64,000 nucleotides of DNA from Klebsiella phage vB_KpnM_VPA32: sequence record OP558005.1. One strand, given 5' to 3'. The position numbers and the translations under genes were made by a program. The notes below the pieces were generated by a model. The model saw nothing but the letters and a program-made list of their open reading frames with translations. It had not been told where the DNA came from and ran no database searches. This document shows, one piece after another, positions 45,054-54,042 of this stretch. How positions within the stretch are numbered: the stretch's first letter is position 1; each line of letters starts with the position of its first letter.

Positions 45054-45128
45054 TGGCTGGACTATCTGGATTCGAACCAGAGATACCGGAGTCAAAGGCC
45101 GGTGACTTAACCGCTTGTCTATAGTCCA
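45054..45128 (-). tRNA. tRNA-Gln (anticodon TTG)
   Basis: TGGACTA acceptor, loop CTTTGAC, T-arm TCTGGTTCGAATCCAGA. Confidence 0.6.
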
Positions 45129-45134
45129 ATTGTT

Positions 45135-45211
45135 TGGAGGCGGGTGATGGACTCGAACCATCGCGTAACGGGATATGAACCCGTCATTCTACCAACTGAA
45201 GTTAACCCGCA
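45135..45211 (-). tRNA. tRNA-Met (anticodon CAT), possible initiator (1-72 mismatch)
   Basis: stem ACGGG loop TTCATAT, T-arm GATGGTTCGAGTCCATC. Confidence 0.65.
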
Positions 45212-45368
45212 TCTATCCGGATTCTTGAAGTACTAACAAGTAGCTTGATGTAGAACACGCTAAAGATATAATCTTCCGAATATAGAGCTTATCCCGTGGG
45301 AACAAACAGCTTCGTCCTCGGCATTATCTTATAGGACTCAAACTCATCTTCAAGAACTGCCTCGTATT

Positions 45369-45444
45369 TGGCGGACCTAACGGGATTCGAACCCGTGACT
45401 CTCGCGTGACAGGCGAGTATTTTCACCGCTGAAACTATAGGTCC
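45369..45444 (-). tRNA. tRNA-Asp (anticodon GTC)
   Basis: GGACCTA acceptor, loop CTGTCAC, T-arm ACGGGTTCGAATCCCGT. Confidence 0.7.
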
Positions 45445-45687
45445 AAATTTACTTTCGTGAGTATGGGATTACCCTCAAGCCTTCCGGAAAGCTGAATAGG
45501 CGTTATTGGCTCTCATATACCCGTGCACAGATATAATCTTCATTAACGCAATAACTTCATCAATATACTCCGAAAGTAAACTTTCGGCGCCGTATTTAAT
45601 TTGGACTGTGTAGTTATCGTTGAGGGAACTCACAGACAGGGATTAAAGTGCCGACGACTTATCAGAACGTCTTCTGACTTCTACATT

Positions 45688-45772
45688 TGGCGGGCCGTGC
45701 AGGTATCGAACCTGCCTAGTCATTTCTGACACGGATTAACAGTCCGTCGCTTACCCTCTCAGCCAACGACCC
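45688..45772 (-). tRNA. tRNA with Asn anticodon arm (GTT), G73, but type-II-like long variable arm
   Basis: anticodon stem-loop CGGACTGTTAATCCG identical to E. coli tRNA-Asn; 15-nt variable arm GTCAGAAATGACTAG; D-arm GCT-GAGAGGGTA-AGC. Confidence 0.55.
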
Positions 45773-45778
45773 TGAATT

Positions 45779-45853
45779 TGGTTCTCCGTAAGAGAATTGA
45801 ACTCTTCTTTCCGACGTGAAAGGCCGGCGTCCTAACCGATAGACGAACGGAGA
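45779..45853 (-). tRNA. tRNA-Glu (anticodon TTC)
   Basis: loop CTTTCAC, T-arm AAGAGTTCAATTCTCTT. Confidence 0.7.
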
Positions 45854-45854
45854 T

Positions 45855-45932
45855 TGGTAGGACGTGAGGGAGTTGAACCCATCGACATTCCGATTAAAAG
45901 TCGGATGCTCTAACCAACTGAGCTAACGTCCT
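45855..45932 (-). tRNA. tRNA-Lys (anticodon TTT)
   Basis: AGGACGT acceptor, GCTCAGTTGGTTAGAGC D-arm, loop CTTTTAA. Confidence 0.65.
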
Positions 45933-45970
45933 GTAGATATTTATAATATCAAAAATATCTTTAAGCAAAT

Positions 45971-46046
45971 TGGTGGGAATAACTGGACTCGAACCAGTGA
46001 CCTAACGATTATCGGTCGTTTGCTCTACCAACTGAGCTATATTCCC
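45971..46046 (-). tRNA. tRNA-Ile (anticodon GAT)
   Basis: GGGAATA acceptor, loop CCGATAA, T-arm ACTGGTTCGAGTCCAGT. Confidence 0.75.
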
Positions 46047-46052
46047 GGAATT

Positions 46053-46140
46053 TGGTGGGGAGTGATGGAGTCGAACCACCCGAGTCGCAATGACAACAGA
46101 TTTACAGTCTGCACCGCTACCTCTACGGAATTAACTCCCC
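46053..46140 (-). tRNA. tRNA-Tyr (anticodon GTA), long variable arm
   Basis: anticodon arm GCAGACTGTAAATCTGT as E. coli tRNA-Tyr; T-arm GGTGGTTCGACTCCATC. Confidence 0.7.
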
Positions 46141-46145
46141 GAAAT

Positions 46146-46505
46146 TTATTTAAGAACTGTTGAGTTCATTGACTTAACCAAGAAAACTTGGTGCGGCGAA
46201 CGAAGTGAACCTTCAATAGTGCGATGTTCTGGAAAATTGGTTGAAGTCTGAAAACCAGCTACACGGTAACCTTGCTCAGTCCATCCTAAAAGGATACCAA
46301 CCATACAGCCAGAATATTTTCCGCTTTTATCCAAAGCTACAATATCACCAGGAGCAATTTCATTACCCATTGAATCAGGCTTAATCCATTGTGGAGTAAC
46401 CAGTTCTATAGGTATATTTATACCGCTTGAAAAGCTGTAATATTCGTCTGAACGTAAGCCCTGAATGCTTTTAAAGACTTTATGCCAAGTTTTGCTGATG
46501 CTCAT
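46146..46505 (-). CDS. hypothetical protein
   Basis: 119 aa ORF. Confidence 0.4.
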   Translation of the reverse strand: MSISKTWHKVFKSIQGLRSDEYYSFSSGINIPIELVTPQWIKPDSMGNEIAPGDIVALDKSGKYSGCMVGILLGWTEQGYRVAGFQTSTNFPEHRTIEGSLRSPHQVFLVKSMNSTVLK

Positions 46506-46785
46506 AATGTTCTCTCGCAGTGTTTTGGTGAATCAACGATAATTCATCGAAGATTGACTTCATTGCATTTTTCACAAAGACTTTTTCAGAAGGCTCCATC
46601 GACGTATTGTTGATGATTCTTGCCATTCGTTCTTTGAGCTTCTTTTTCCGATTCCGGACCGTCTCCTTAGAAGCGGTCCTCATGTGAGCAAGATTAGTCA
46701 TCATGTTCCGTCGATAGATTAATAATATCAAGTAGCTCTTTAAGCATTTAACCGCGTTTGTATGCGTGATGAGCCAAAATAGCAA
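46480..46785 (-). CDS. hypothetical basic protein
   Basis: 101 aa ORF. Confidence 0.35.
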   Translation of the reverse strand: MLFWLITHTNAVKCLKSYLILLIYRRNMMTNLAHMRTASKETVRNRKKKLKERMARIINNTSMEPSEKVFVKNAMKSIFDELSLIHQNTAREHYEHQQNLA

Positions 46786-46945
46786 CTACAGCAATAGACA
46801 GTATTACACTTTTGATTGCAGTTAAAACACAACCAGTAGCAACACCAATAAGAATCCAGTCAAACTTATTCATTGGAGTGTCTGTGTCATAAGTTTTCTT
46901 AACCCATGCTTTAGCTTTGGTGAACAGTTCTTTAATTTGGTTCAT
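46748..46945 (-). CDS. hypothetical small membrane protein (start trimmed to MNQIKEL)
   Basis: 65 aa, one TM helix. Confidence 0.35.
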   Translation of the reverse strand: MNQIKELFTKAKAWVKKTYDTDTPMNKFDWILIGVATGCVLTAIKSVILSIAVVAILAHHAYKRG

Positions 46946-47111
46946 TTGCAATTTTATCCATAACGAATGAAATGATACCAGCAACGAGTGTAAGTACTAC
47001 GCTACTGATGAGTTCAGAATTTGAAAGGAACGGCCATCCGAAGATTGAAGTTCCAAGTGCTCCCAGGGTTACTACAGTAAAGATGTTTCCGATGATTTCG
47101 CAACGTTTCAT
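46932..47111 (-). CDS. hypothetical small membrane protein (not in ORF track, 59 aa)
   Basis: MKRCEIIGNIFTVVTLGALGTSIFGWPFL...; downstream of promoter 47137-47168. Confidence 0.3.
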   Translation of the reverse strand: MKRCEIIGNIFTVVTLGALGTSIFGWPFLSNSELISSVVLTLVAGIISFVMDKIANEPN

Positions 47112-47127
47112 TTTTAATCTCCTTGTG

Positions 47128-47153
47128 TTGATAGGGCTATAGTATCATAGCCC
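47128..47153. repeat. 26-nt exact repeat (copy 2)
   Basis: identical to 31117-31142. Confidence 0.7.
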
Positions 47154-47168
47154 TCAAGGAAAGTAAAC
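47137..47168 (-). promoter_or_regulatory. T4-type early promoter
   Basis: plus tatagtatca 47138-47147 (-10), agtaaacgg 47162-47170 (-35 GTTTACT). Confidence 0.5.
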
Positions 47169-47176
47169 GGCTAAAA

Positions 47177-48187
<1,011 letters not shown>

Positions 48188-48191
<4 letters not shown>

Positions 48192-48916
48192 TTAATTACC
48201 TTTTCAATTTTAGAATAGAGGTCCTCTAAAGAACCATCGTTTGTTATTACAATATCACCGTCTCTGATTGGTAAACCAGCTTCAGTGATGTGAGTATCTT
48301 GTGAACTTTCACTATCTGGACGAACTACATGAATTACTGTAGCACCCATCGCCCGAGCAGCATCGAGTTCGTGGTCCTGACGAGTATCTGGAACAATGTA
48401 AAAATCCAGGTCGTCATGGAAGCTATCGACATAATCAATAGCGAATAACTTCAACCAATACATGCGGTCAACCATGTTGCAGAAAATATCAGTCCCAAGG
48501 GTCTGCATGAGACGACGTACTGTCCATGGTTTGGTATTTTTATTTATTAGGGCTTCAATCTTGGTATTTCCACTGAATGAAAAATCACCGTTGTCATGAA
48601 TGAAGAACCCGTTTTCTCTTTTTCCAGCTTTTAATTTGCGGTCCAAAAGACGATAAACACACCGTTTCATGTAATCGATGACGTCTTTGTTATTCAGCAA
48701 CAGAATCTGTTCGCGGTCATAACCTTTACCTTCAAAATCAAGGCGGTTCAAAGATACACCAGTTTTTTGGGTCAAATCTGGATTCCAGCAATCAGCTAAT
48801 GTATCTTTAATTGGACCAGCAAGCTGGAACTTTTTAGTTTTGTAGTTATTCGCAAGATAGTCAGCGGTGGTGTCTTTACCTGACCGTTTCTTACCTATGA
48901 TGAAAATAAGTTTCAT
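48188..48916 (-). CDS. 1: dNMP kinase gp1
   Basis: 242 aa; MKLIFIIGKKRSGKDTTADYL P-loop; T4 gp1 is 241 aa. Confidence 0.9.
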
Positions 48917-48917
48917 A

Positions 48918-49508
48918 TTACCTCATAGAAGGATGCATTCCAACAGATGAACGAGACTGAGCAGCCTGTTCGATATTTTGTTTACCTACTATGATTTTAC
49001 CATCTTTTTCTATTTGCAAATGCTTGAATGGGAACATTGCAGTGCAAATAACCGCTGGGTCAGTATCTTCAGTATAGCTGAATTCTACTTCGCCTAAATC
49101 AGAACACCAAGCTCCATAATAATGAAAACTCATTACAATTTTCTTCTTGGAGTTATCAAGCATATGCACAGAAACATGAGGTGGAACGAATCCGGGTTTC
49201 CACGCTTGAGAGTTAAAATCTACGTAGTTGTTAATCGAAAGCATCCATTGATACATCTGAAGCCAAGAGTTTAGGTCTTCATCGACTAAAAAGCGTATGA
49301 CCAGTGGGTCATGCTCAAAAGTTGAGCCTGGCAGTTGAGAACGTGCTAGACCACCTTGTCCAGATGGAGTTTCAGTGATAGGGATGCGTATACCTGGTAT
49401 ATTAGCTGATTGCACGTTAAGCGTAAAAGCTTTTGTCAATCCAGCATCAGGAATATCTACTATAAAGTTAGTAATATTCGTTTGGTTAAAAAGTTGATTG
49501 GCGTCCAA
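48918..49508 (-). CDS. 3: tail completion/sheath stabilizer gp3
   Basis: IPDAGLT..FTLN.QSANIPG.RIP.TETP.G..GLAR..LPGSTFE.DPLV.R.LVDEDL matches T4 gp3. Confidence 0.8.
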   Translation of the reverse strand: MDANQLFNQTNITNFIVDIPDAGLTKAFTLNVQSANIPGIRIPITETPSGQGGLARSQLPGSTFEHDPLVIRFLVDEDLNSWLQMYQWMLSINNYVDFNSQAWKPGFVPPHVSVHMLDNSKKKIVMSFHYYGAWCSDLGEVEFSYTEDTDPAVICTAMFPFKHLQIEKDGKIIVGKQNIEQAAQSRSSVGMHPSMR

Positions 49509-49589
49509 TTCGCTTTCCTTCTGGAGTAGTTATAATGGTTTTGAGTTCTTCCGGAGCAATCAATATCAATCAATCCGGAAGAAGATGGA

Positions 49590-50432
49590 TTAAGATTTCC
49601 AAACAGCATTCGCAGAATAACGCTTGCCTTTTGACATAAACTGCTGAAGAGGAAGTAGAACAACGTTAGCCCAGTCTGCTGGCTTAATTTCTACTAAACT
49701 TCCTTTGATATGACCAGGAAGATAAGCTTTAATCATCTTATCCGCGCCAGCGAAACCCTTAACTTGACTCCAATTAATCTTCAACTTAGTTTTGTTAGTA
49801 ATAGTCGGAGTGTTAGCATATTGCTTTAGCAACTCTTCGAGAAACTGTTGTCGTGCTTTTGGTGGAATATAGTGCAAGTTCAAACCATACATCAACGTAG
49901 TTGAGCCTTGCTTACCCAATCCCAAATAAATAATCAATGGAAATCTGTCCCAGAATGGAAGTGTGTCTTTATGTTTAGCATCATACATATAAGCATAAAG
50001 TTTTCCTGGAGTAGGTTTTGATACCTGATGACCACGAATATTTTTCTTCATTGTCTCGTTGAACCAACGAGCTGACTTATTGTTAACAGATGCGCCTTCA
50101 TTAGCAATCTTTTGACGAATGCTCTGACGGAAACTGTTAATCATCACGAGCTGTCTTTCTTGACGAGTAAGTTTCTTTGGACTCTTTCCTTCGAGTTTAG
50201 CAACTTGCACAGCTGTCTTAATTCTCGAAGCATATCTGCTCATCGCCTTTGTAAATGTAGCATATTTTATGCCTTTTTCTTCGGCAAAAGATTTGGCGGT
50301 GGCACCTTTCTTTTTCGCTTCAGCATATTCTACACCTATCTCTACCCATTTTCTTTCGTCTTTAGGGACTGTTCGAGCTATCGGTTGAGCACCTTCATTA
50401 AGCAATTCAAATATAGCCATTAGCCTTTCCAC
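49590..50432 (-). CDS. 2: DNA end protector gp2
   Basis: 280 aa basic protein at T4 gene 2 position. Confidence 0.7.
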   Translation of the reverse strand: MERLMAIFELLNEGAQPIARTVPKDERKWVEIGVEYAEAKKKGATAKSFAEEKGIKYATFTKAMSRYASRIKTAVQVAKLEGKSPKKLTRQERQLVMINSFRQSIRQKIANEGASVNNKSARWFNETMKKNIRGHQVSKPTPGKLYAYMYDAKHKDTLPFWDRFPLIIYLGLGKQGSTTLMYGLNLHYIPPKARQQFLEELLKQYANTPTITNKTKLKINWSQVKGFAGADKMIKAYLPGHIKGSLVEIKPADWANVVLLPLQQFMSKGKRYSANAVWKS

Positions 50433-50869
50433 CCTAATCTCTTCAGACCATCTTCTGTAAGCAATCTGAATTTTATGTTATTCTTTTCAGCAACTTTTTG
50501 AGCAGCTGACCATTTATCCTGGTTCACACTCCATGTGTATATCTCATCGATATATCTTTTCTTTGCTGCTGTAGTAAGTTTAGCAGGCTTTGGAGGTGGT
50601 TGAGTCTCTTTCTTTGGCTTAACTTCAACAAAGAATTCTTGTCCGTTTACATCTCTGAACCAGAAATCCATGAAGTATCTGCGTTTTTTACCTTCTGCGT
50701 TGCAGAAATAAGGAATAACAACTTCTTCACTGTTCCATTTAACTATTTCTGGATTTGCATCAAGCCATTTCATGAACCATGACTCCCAGGACGAGCGATA
50801 TGTAATTTTACGAATATCACCCCTGTACTTTTCATGGTTCTTAGGCATAAATTTGCCAGAGTACGCCAT
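50420..50869 (-). CDS. 4: head completion protein gp4
   Basis: 149 aa at T4 gene 4 position, divergent from gene 53. Confidence 0.75.
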   Translation of the reverse strand: MAYSGKFMPKNHEKYRGDIRKITYRSSWESWFMKWLDANPEIVKWNSEEVVIPYFCNAEGKKRRYFMDFWFRDVNGQEFFVEVKPKKETQPPPKPAKLTTAAKKRYIDEIYTWSVNQDKWSAAQKVAEKNNIKFRLLTEDGLKRLGWKG

Positions 50870-50882
50870 TTCATTTTCCTCT

Positions 50883-50905
50883 AATAAATAATATTACTAT
50901 TTATA
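50883..50905. promoter_or_regulatory. divergent late promoters (minus TATAAATA for gene 4; plus AATAAATA for gene 53)
   Basis: plus tatttata 50898-50905 = minus TATAAATA; plus aataaata 50883-50890. Confidence 0.55.
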
Positions 50906-50918
50906 AAGTGGAGGCTTT

Positions 50919-51494
50919 ATGTTATTCAGCTTTTTTGACCCTATTACATACACCGCTAAAACGGTTGATGAAAACGCTAAGCCTATTTCCATGACAGACA
51001 TTTTCAGAAACTATAAAGCATACTTCAAAAGAGTTGCTGCTAACTATCGTCTGCGCACATACTATATCCAAGGTTCTCCACGACCTGAAGAGTTGTCTAA
51101 CATCATTTATGGTAACCCTCAATTGTATTGGGTACTTCTGATGTGTAATGATAACTATGACCCTTACTATGGTTGGATTACGAGTCAAGAAGCAGCTTAT
51201 AGAGCTTCTGAACAGAGATATGAAAATGCTGGTGGAAATCAGGTGTTGTACCACGTGGACGCCAAAGGAGAAAGATACTACAACTTAGTAGAATCTGAAA
51301 CTAATCCTGGTACATGGTATGACAAAGGAGATACTCTTCAAGAACATCCTCAATATCAAGGTGCTTTAGCAGCTGTTGATGTTTATGAAGCAGCTATTCT
51401 TGAAAATGAAAAGAAACGTCAAATCAAAATTATTTCTCCTGCTGATATTGACACTTTTATTGCAGACTTAATCCGTGAGATGGAGATTGCATAA
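50919..51494 (+). CDS. 53: baseplate wedge protein gp53
   Basis: 191 aa, directly precedes gene 5. Confidence 0.8.
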   Translation: MLFSFFDPITYTAKTVDENAKPISMTDIFRNYKAYFKRVAANYRLRTYYIQGSPRPEELSNIIYGNPQLYWVLLMCNDNYDPYYGWITSQEAAYRASEQRYENAGGNQVLYHVDAKGERYYNLVESETNPGTWYDKGDTLQEHPQYQGALAAVDVYEAAILENEKKRQIKIISPADIDTFIADLIREMEIA

Positions 51495-53230
51495 TGGAAA
51501 TGATTAGTAACTCTCTTCAATGGTTCACAGGGGTTGTTGAAGATAGAATGGACCCGCTTAAGCGTGGTCGTGTACGTGTACGTGTGCATGGACTACATCC
51601 GTTCCAGAAGACTCAAGGTCCTGTAATGGGTGTTCCTACTGAAGACCTTCCGTGGATGAGTCCAATATTTCCGGTGACATCTGCTGCGATTTCTGGCGTA
51701 GGTGGTTCAGTTACTGGTCCTGTTGAAGGGACTCATGTGTATGGTCATTTTTTAGACAAATACAGACAAAACGGAATTATTCTTGGAACGTATGCAGCAA
51801 ACGCAACTGCTCGTCCAAATAGAACTGAAGGATTCTCTGACCCAACTGGACAGTATCCTCGTTATCTTGGTAATGACACTAACGCATTGAACCAAGGCGG
51901 AACCGAAGGCGATGATTATACAGCAAACATAGTTCAAGATAATAACCTTGACACCGGTATTAATCCAGATGATACCGATCTTGCTAATATCCCAGAAGAT
52001 AATAATCCGAACTATACGATTGAAGACATGATTCGTCGTGATGAAGGTCTTCGTTTAAAAGTTTACCGTGATTTAAACGGTCGCGGGTGGACCGTAGGGT
52101 TCGGTCACTATATTACTGATAATCCAAATTTAACTAACGACCAAATAAATTCAGAATTATCTAAACAAGTTGGGAGAGAAGTAACTGGAAATCCAGGCTC
52201 CATTTCAATGGATGAAGCTTCAAAATTATTTAAAGAAGATTTAGAAAAAGTTCAAAGAGACATGAGAAATAATGCAGCTGTTTCTCCGGTCTATATGAAA
52301 GTGAACAGATCTCGTCAAATGGCTCTTGAAAATATGAGTTTCCAGATGGGCATAGGCGGATTAGCCAAATTCACAAAAATGCTAGACGCCATGTTAATAG
52401 GCGATTGGAAAACTGCCTACAATGAAGCAAGAAATTCTCGTTGGTTTCAACAGACCAAAGGACGAGCATCTCGTGTTTCAATGATTATATTGACTGGTAA
52501 CTTAGAGTCATATGGTATACCTGTTTCTATACCGAGTGCAAAAAGTCTTTCAGCTGCAGCAGTTGCAATGGCTGTTGGTTCTGACGACCCATGGGGACCA
52601 CCGATTCCTCAAACTGGACGAATCTTATTCAAAGAGCCAAAGTCTTCGTATAATGGCCAATATCCATATGTACACACGATGGAAACTGAGTCTGGACATA
52701 TTCAAGAATTTGACGATACTCCAGGATACGAACGTTATCGCATTCTTCATCCAACTGGAACATATGAAGAAGTTGCTCCTGACGGACGAAGAACAAGAAA
52801 AACTGTCGGTGACTTATTTGACATCACAAATGCTGATGGCAATATTTTAATTTCAGGCGATAAGAAAGTCAACGTCGGTGGTGATGAAACTTATTACAAT
52901 ATGGCTAATAAGATTAATCAAATCGATGGAAACAATACTCTCTTTATTCGTGGTGATGAAACTAAAACTATTGAAGGTGACGGAACTCTTTATGTGAAGG
53001 GTAATATCAAAATTGTGGTTGATGGAAATGCTGATATTCTTGTGAAGGGCGATGCCAAAACACAGGTTGAAGGTAATCATGACTACACTGTCAATGGTAA
53101 CGTCACATGGTCAGTCAGGGGTAATGTGTCAATGAACGTCACCGGAAACTGGACTGAAACTATGCAGACGATGAGTTCTAAAGCATCTGGTCAGTACACT
53201 GTCGACGGTTCACGTATCGATATCGGTTGA
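51494..53230 (+). CDS. 5: baseplate hub + tail lysozyme gp5
   Basis: 578 aa; OB N-terminus, lysozyme domain IEDMIRRDEGLRLKVYRD..GFGHYI, C-terminal VxGxxxxx beta-helix repeats. Confidence 0.95.
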   Translation: MEMISNSLQWFTGVVEDRMDPLKRGRVRVRVHGLHPFQKTQGPVMGVPTEDLPWMSPIFPVTSAAISGVGGSVTGPVEGTHVYGHFLDKYRQNGIILGTYAANATARPNRTEGFSDPTGQYPRYLGNDTNALNQGGTEGDDYTANIVQDNNLDTGINPDDTDLANIPEDNNPNYTIEDMIRRDEGLRLKVYRDLNGRGWTVGFGHYITDNPNLTNDQINSELSKQVGREVTGNPGSISMDEASKLFKEDLEKVQRDMRNNAAVSPVYMKVNRSRQMALENMSFQMGIGGLAKFTKMLDAMLIGDWKTAYNEARNSRWFQQTKGRASRVSMIILTGNLESYGIPVSIPSAKSLSAAAVAMAVGSDDPWGPPIPQTGRILFKEPKSSYNGQYPYVHTMETESGHIQEFDDTPGYERYRILHPTGTYEEVAPDGRRTRKTVGDLFDITNADGNILISGDKKVNVGGDETYYNMANKINQIDGNNTLFIRGDETKTIEGDGTLYVKGNIKIVVDGNADILVKGDAKTQVEGNHDYTVNGNVTWSVRGNVSMNVTGNWTETMQTMSSKASGQYTVDGSRIDIG

Positions 53231-53237
53231 GGTAATA

Positions 53238-53741
53238 ATGGTTGACATACTTCCAGTAAACACTGAGCTGCCTGATATTCAAGAAGGCGGTTCAGTTAAT
53301 CAAACATTCATAGCTCAATTAGAAGCAACAGACACATTAGAGTCTATAAATATAATTGATTTTCAACCTACTCCTGGGATTACGGTCTCAGGAGCCAATT
53401 ACAAAGGCGTATATGAAAGTGTCTTTTCCTTTGGAGGAGATGCTCTTAAATATCGAGAAGGTGATGAATTTAAAGTAGCACAATCGTGGGAATCTTTACC
53501 ACCTTCTGGTGCAGCCGATTTATACCTCTGGAAAGCCCCCTCTAAACTTGAGAGGACCTTTACGTACACAGTTAAGGTTATATATTGGAGACAAGGCGAA
53601 GACACTACAGGACCATCTGGTGAACCTGTCACACCTCCTCCAGTTAAAATGGAAATGACCAAAACTTATTCTCAGTTAGTGTATGGTAATTGGAGCAAAT
53701 GGGCTGAACAACTTCGCTCATACGTATATGCGAGACCATAA
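53238..53741 (+). CDS. 5.1: gp5.1-like
   Basis: 167 aa ORF between genes 5 and 5.4. Confidence 0.6.
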   Translation: MVDILPVNTELPDIQEGGSVNQTFIAQLEATDTLESINIIDFQPTPGITVSGANYKGVYESVFSFGGDALKYREGDEFKVAQSWESLPPSGAADLYLWKAPSKLERTFTYTVKVIYWRQGEDTTGPSGEPVTPPPVKMEMTKTYSQLVYGNWSKWAEQLRSYVYARP

Positions 53742-54038
53742 ATGGCCGGATTAAGTTATGACAAAGCTTTAACTGCAGGCCACTCAGCTTATCCTCCTAC
53801 GCAAGTAAATGCGACTCAAGGAAAAGTATTTGTTGGTGGAATTGCAGTTCTAGTAGATGGAGACCAAATAACTCCTCATACTAAAACAGTTAAACCCTAC
53901 GACACTCACGGGGGTTCTGTTCAACCTCGTACAAGTAAAGTGTTCGTTACAGGAAAGAAAGCCGTTCAAATGGCTGACCCTATTTCTTGCGGTGACACTG
54001 TAGCCGAATCGAGTAACAAAGTATTCATTCACGGATAA
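53742..54038 (+). CDS. 5.4: gp5.4 PAAR-repeat spike tip
   Basis: 98 aa Gly-rich PAAR-like protein after gene 5. Confidence 0.7.
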   Translation: MAGLSYDKALTAGHSAYPPTQVNATQGKVFVGGIAVLVDGDQITPHTKTVKPYDTHGGSVQPRTSKVFVTGKKAVQMADPISCGDTVAESSNKVFIHG

Positions 54039-54042
54039 AACA

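Noticed and set aside
50870-50918. Possibility that the gene 4 / gene 53 intergenic region hides a novel element
   Set aside because: It is fully explained by the divergent late promoters and RBSs, the same arrangement as in T4.
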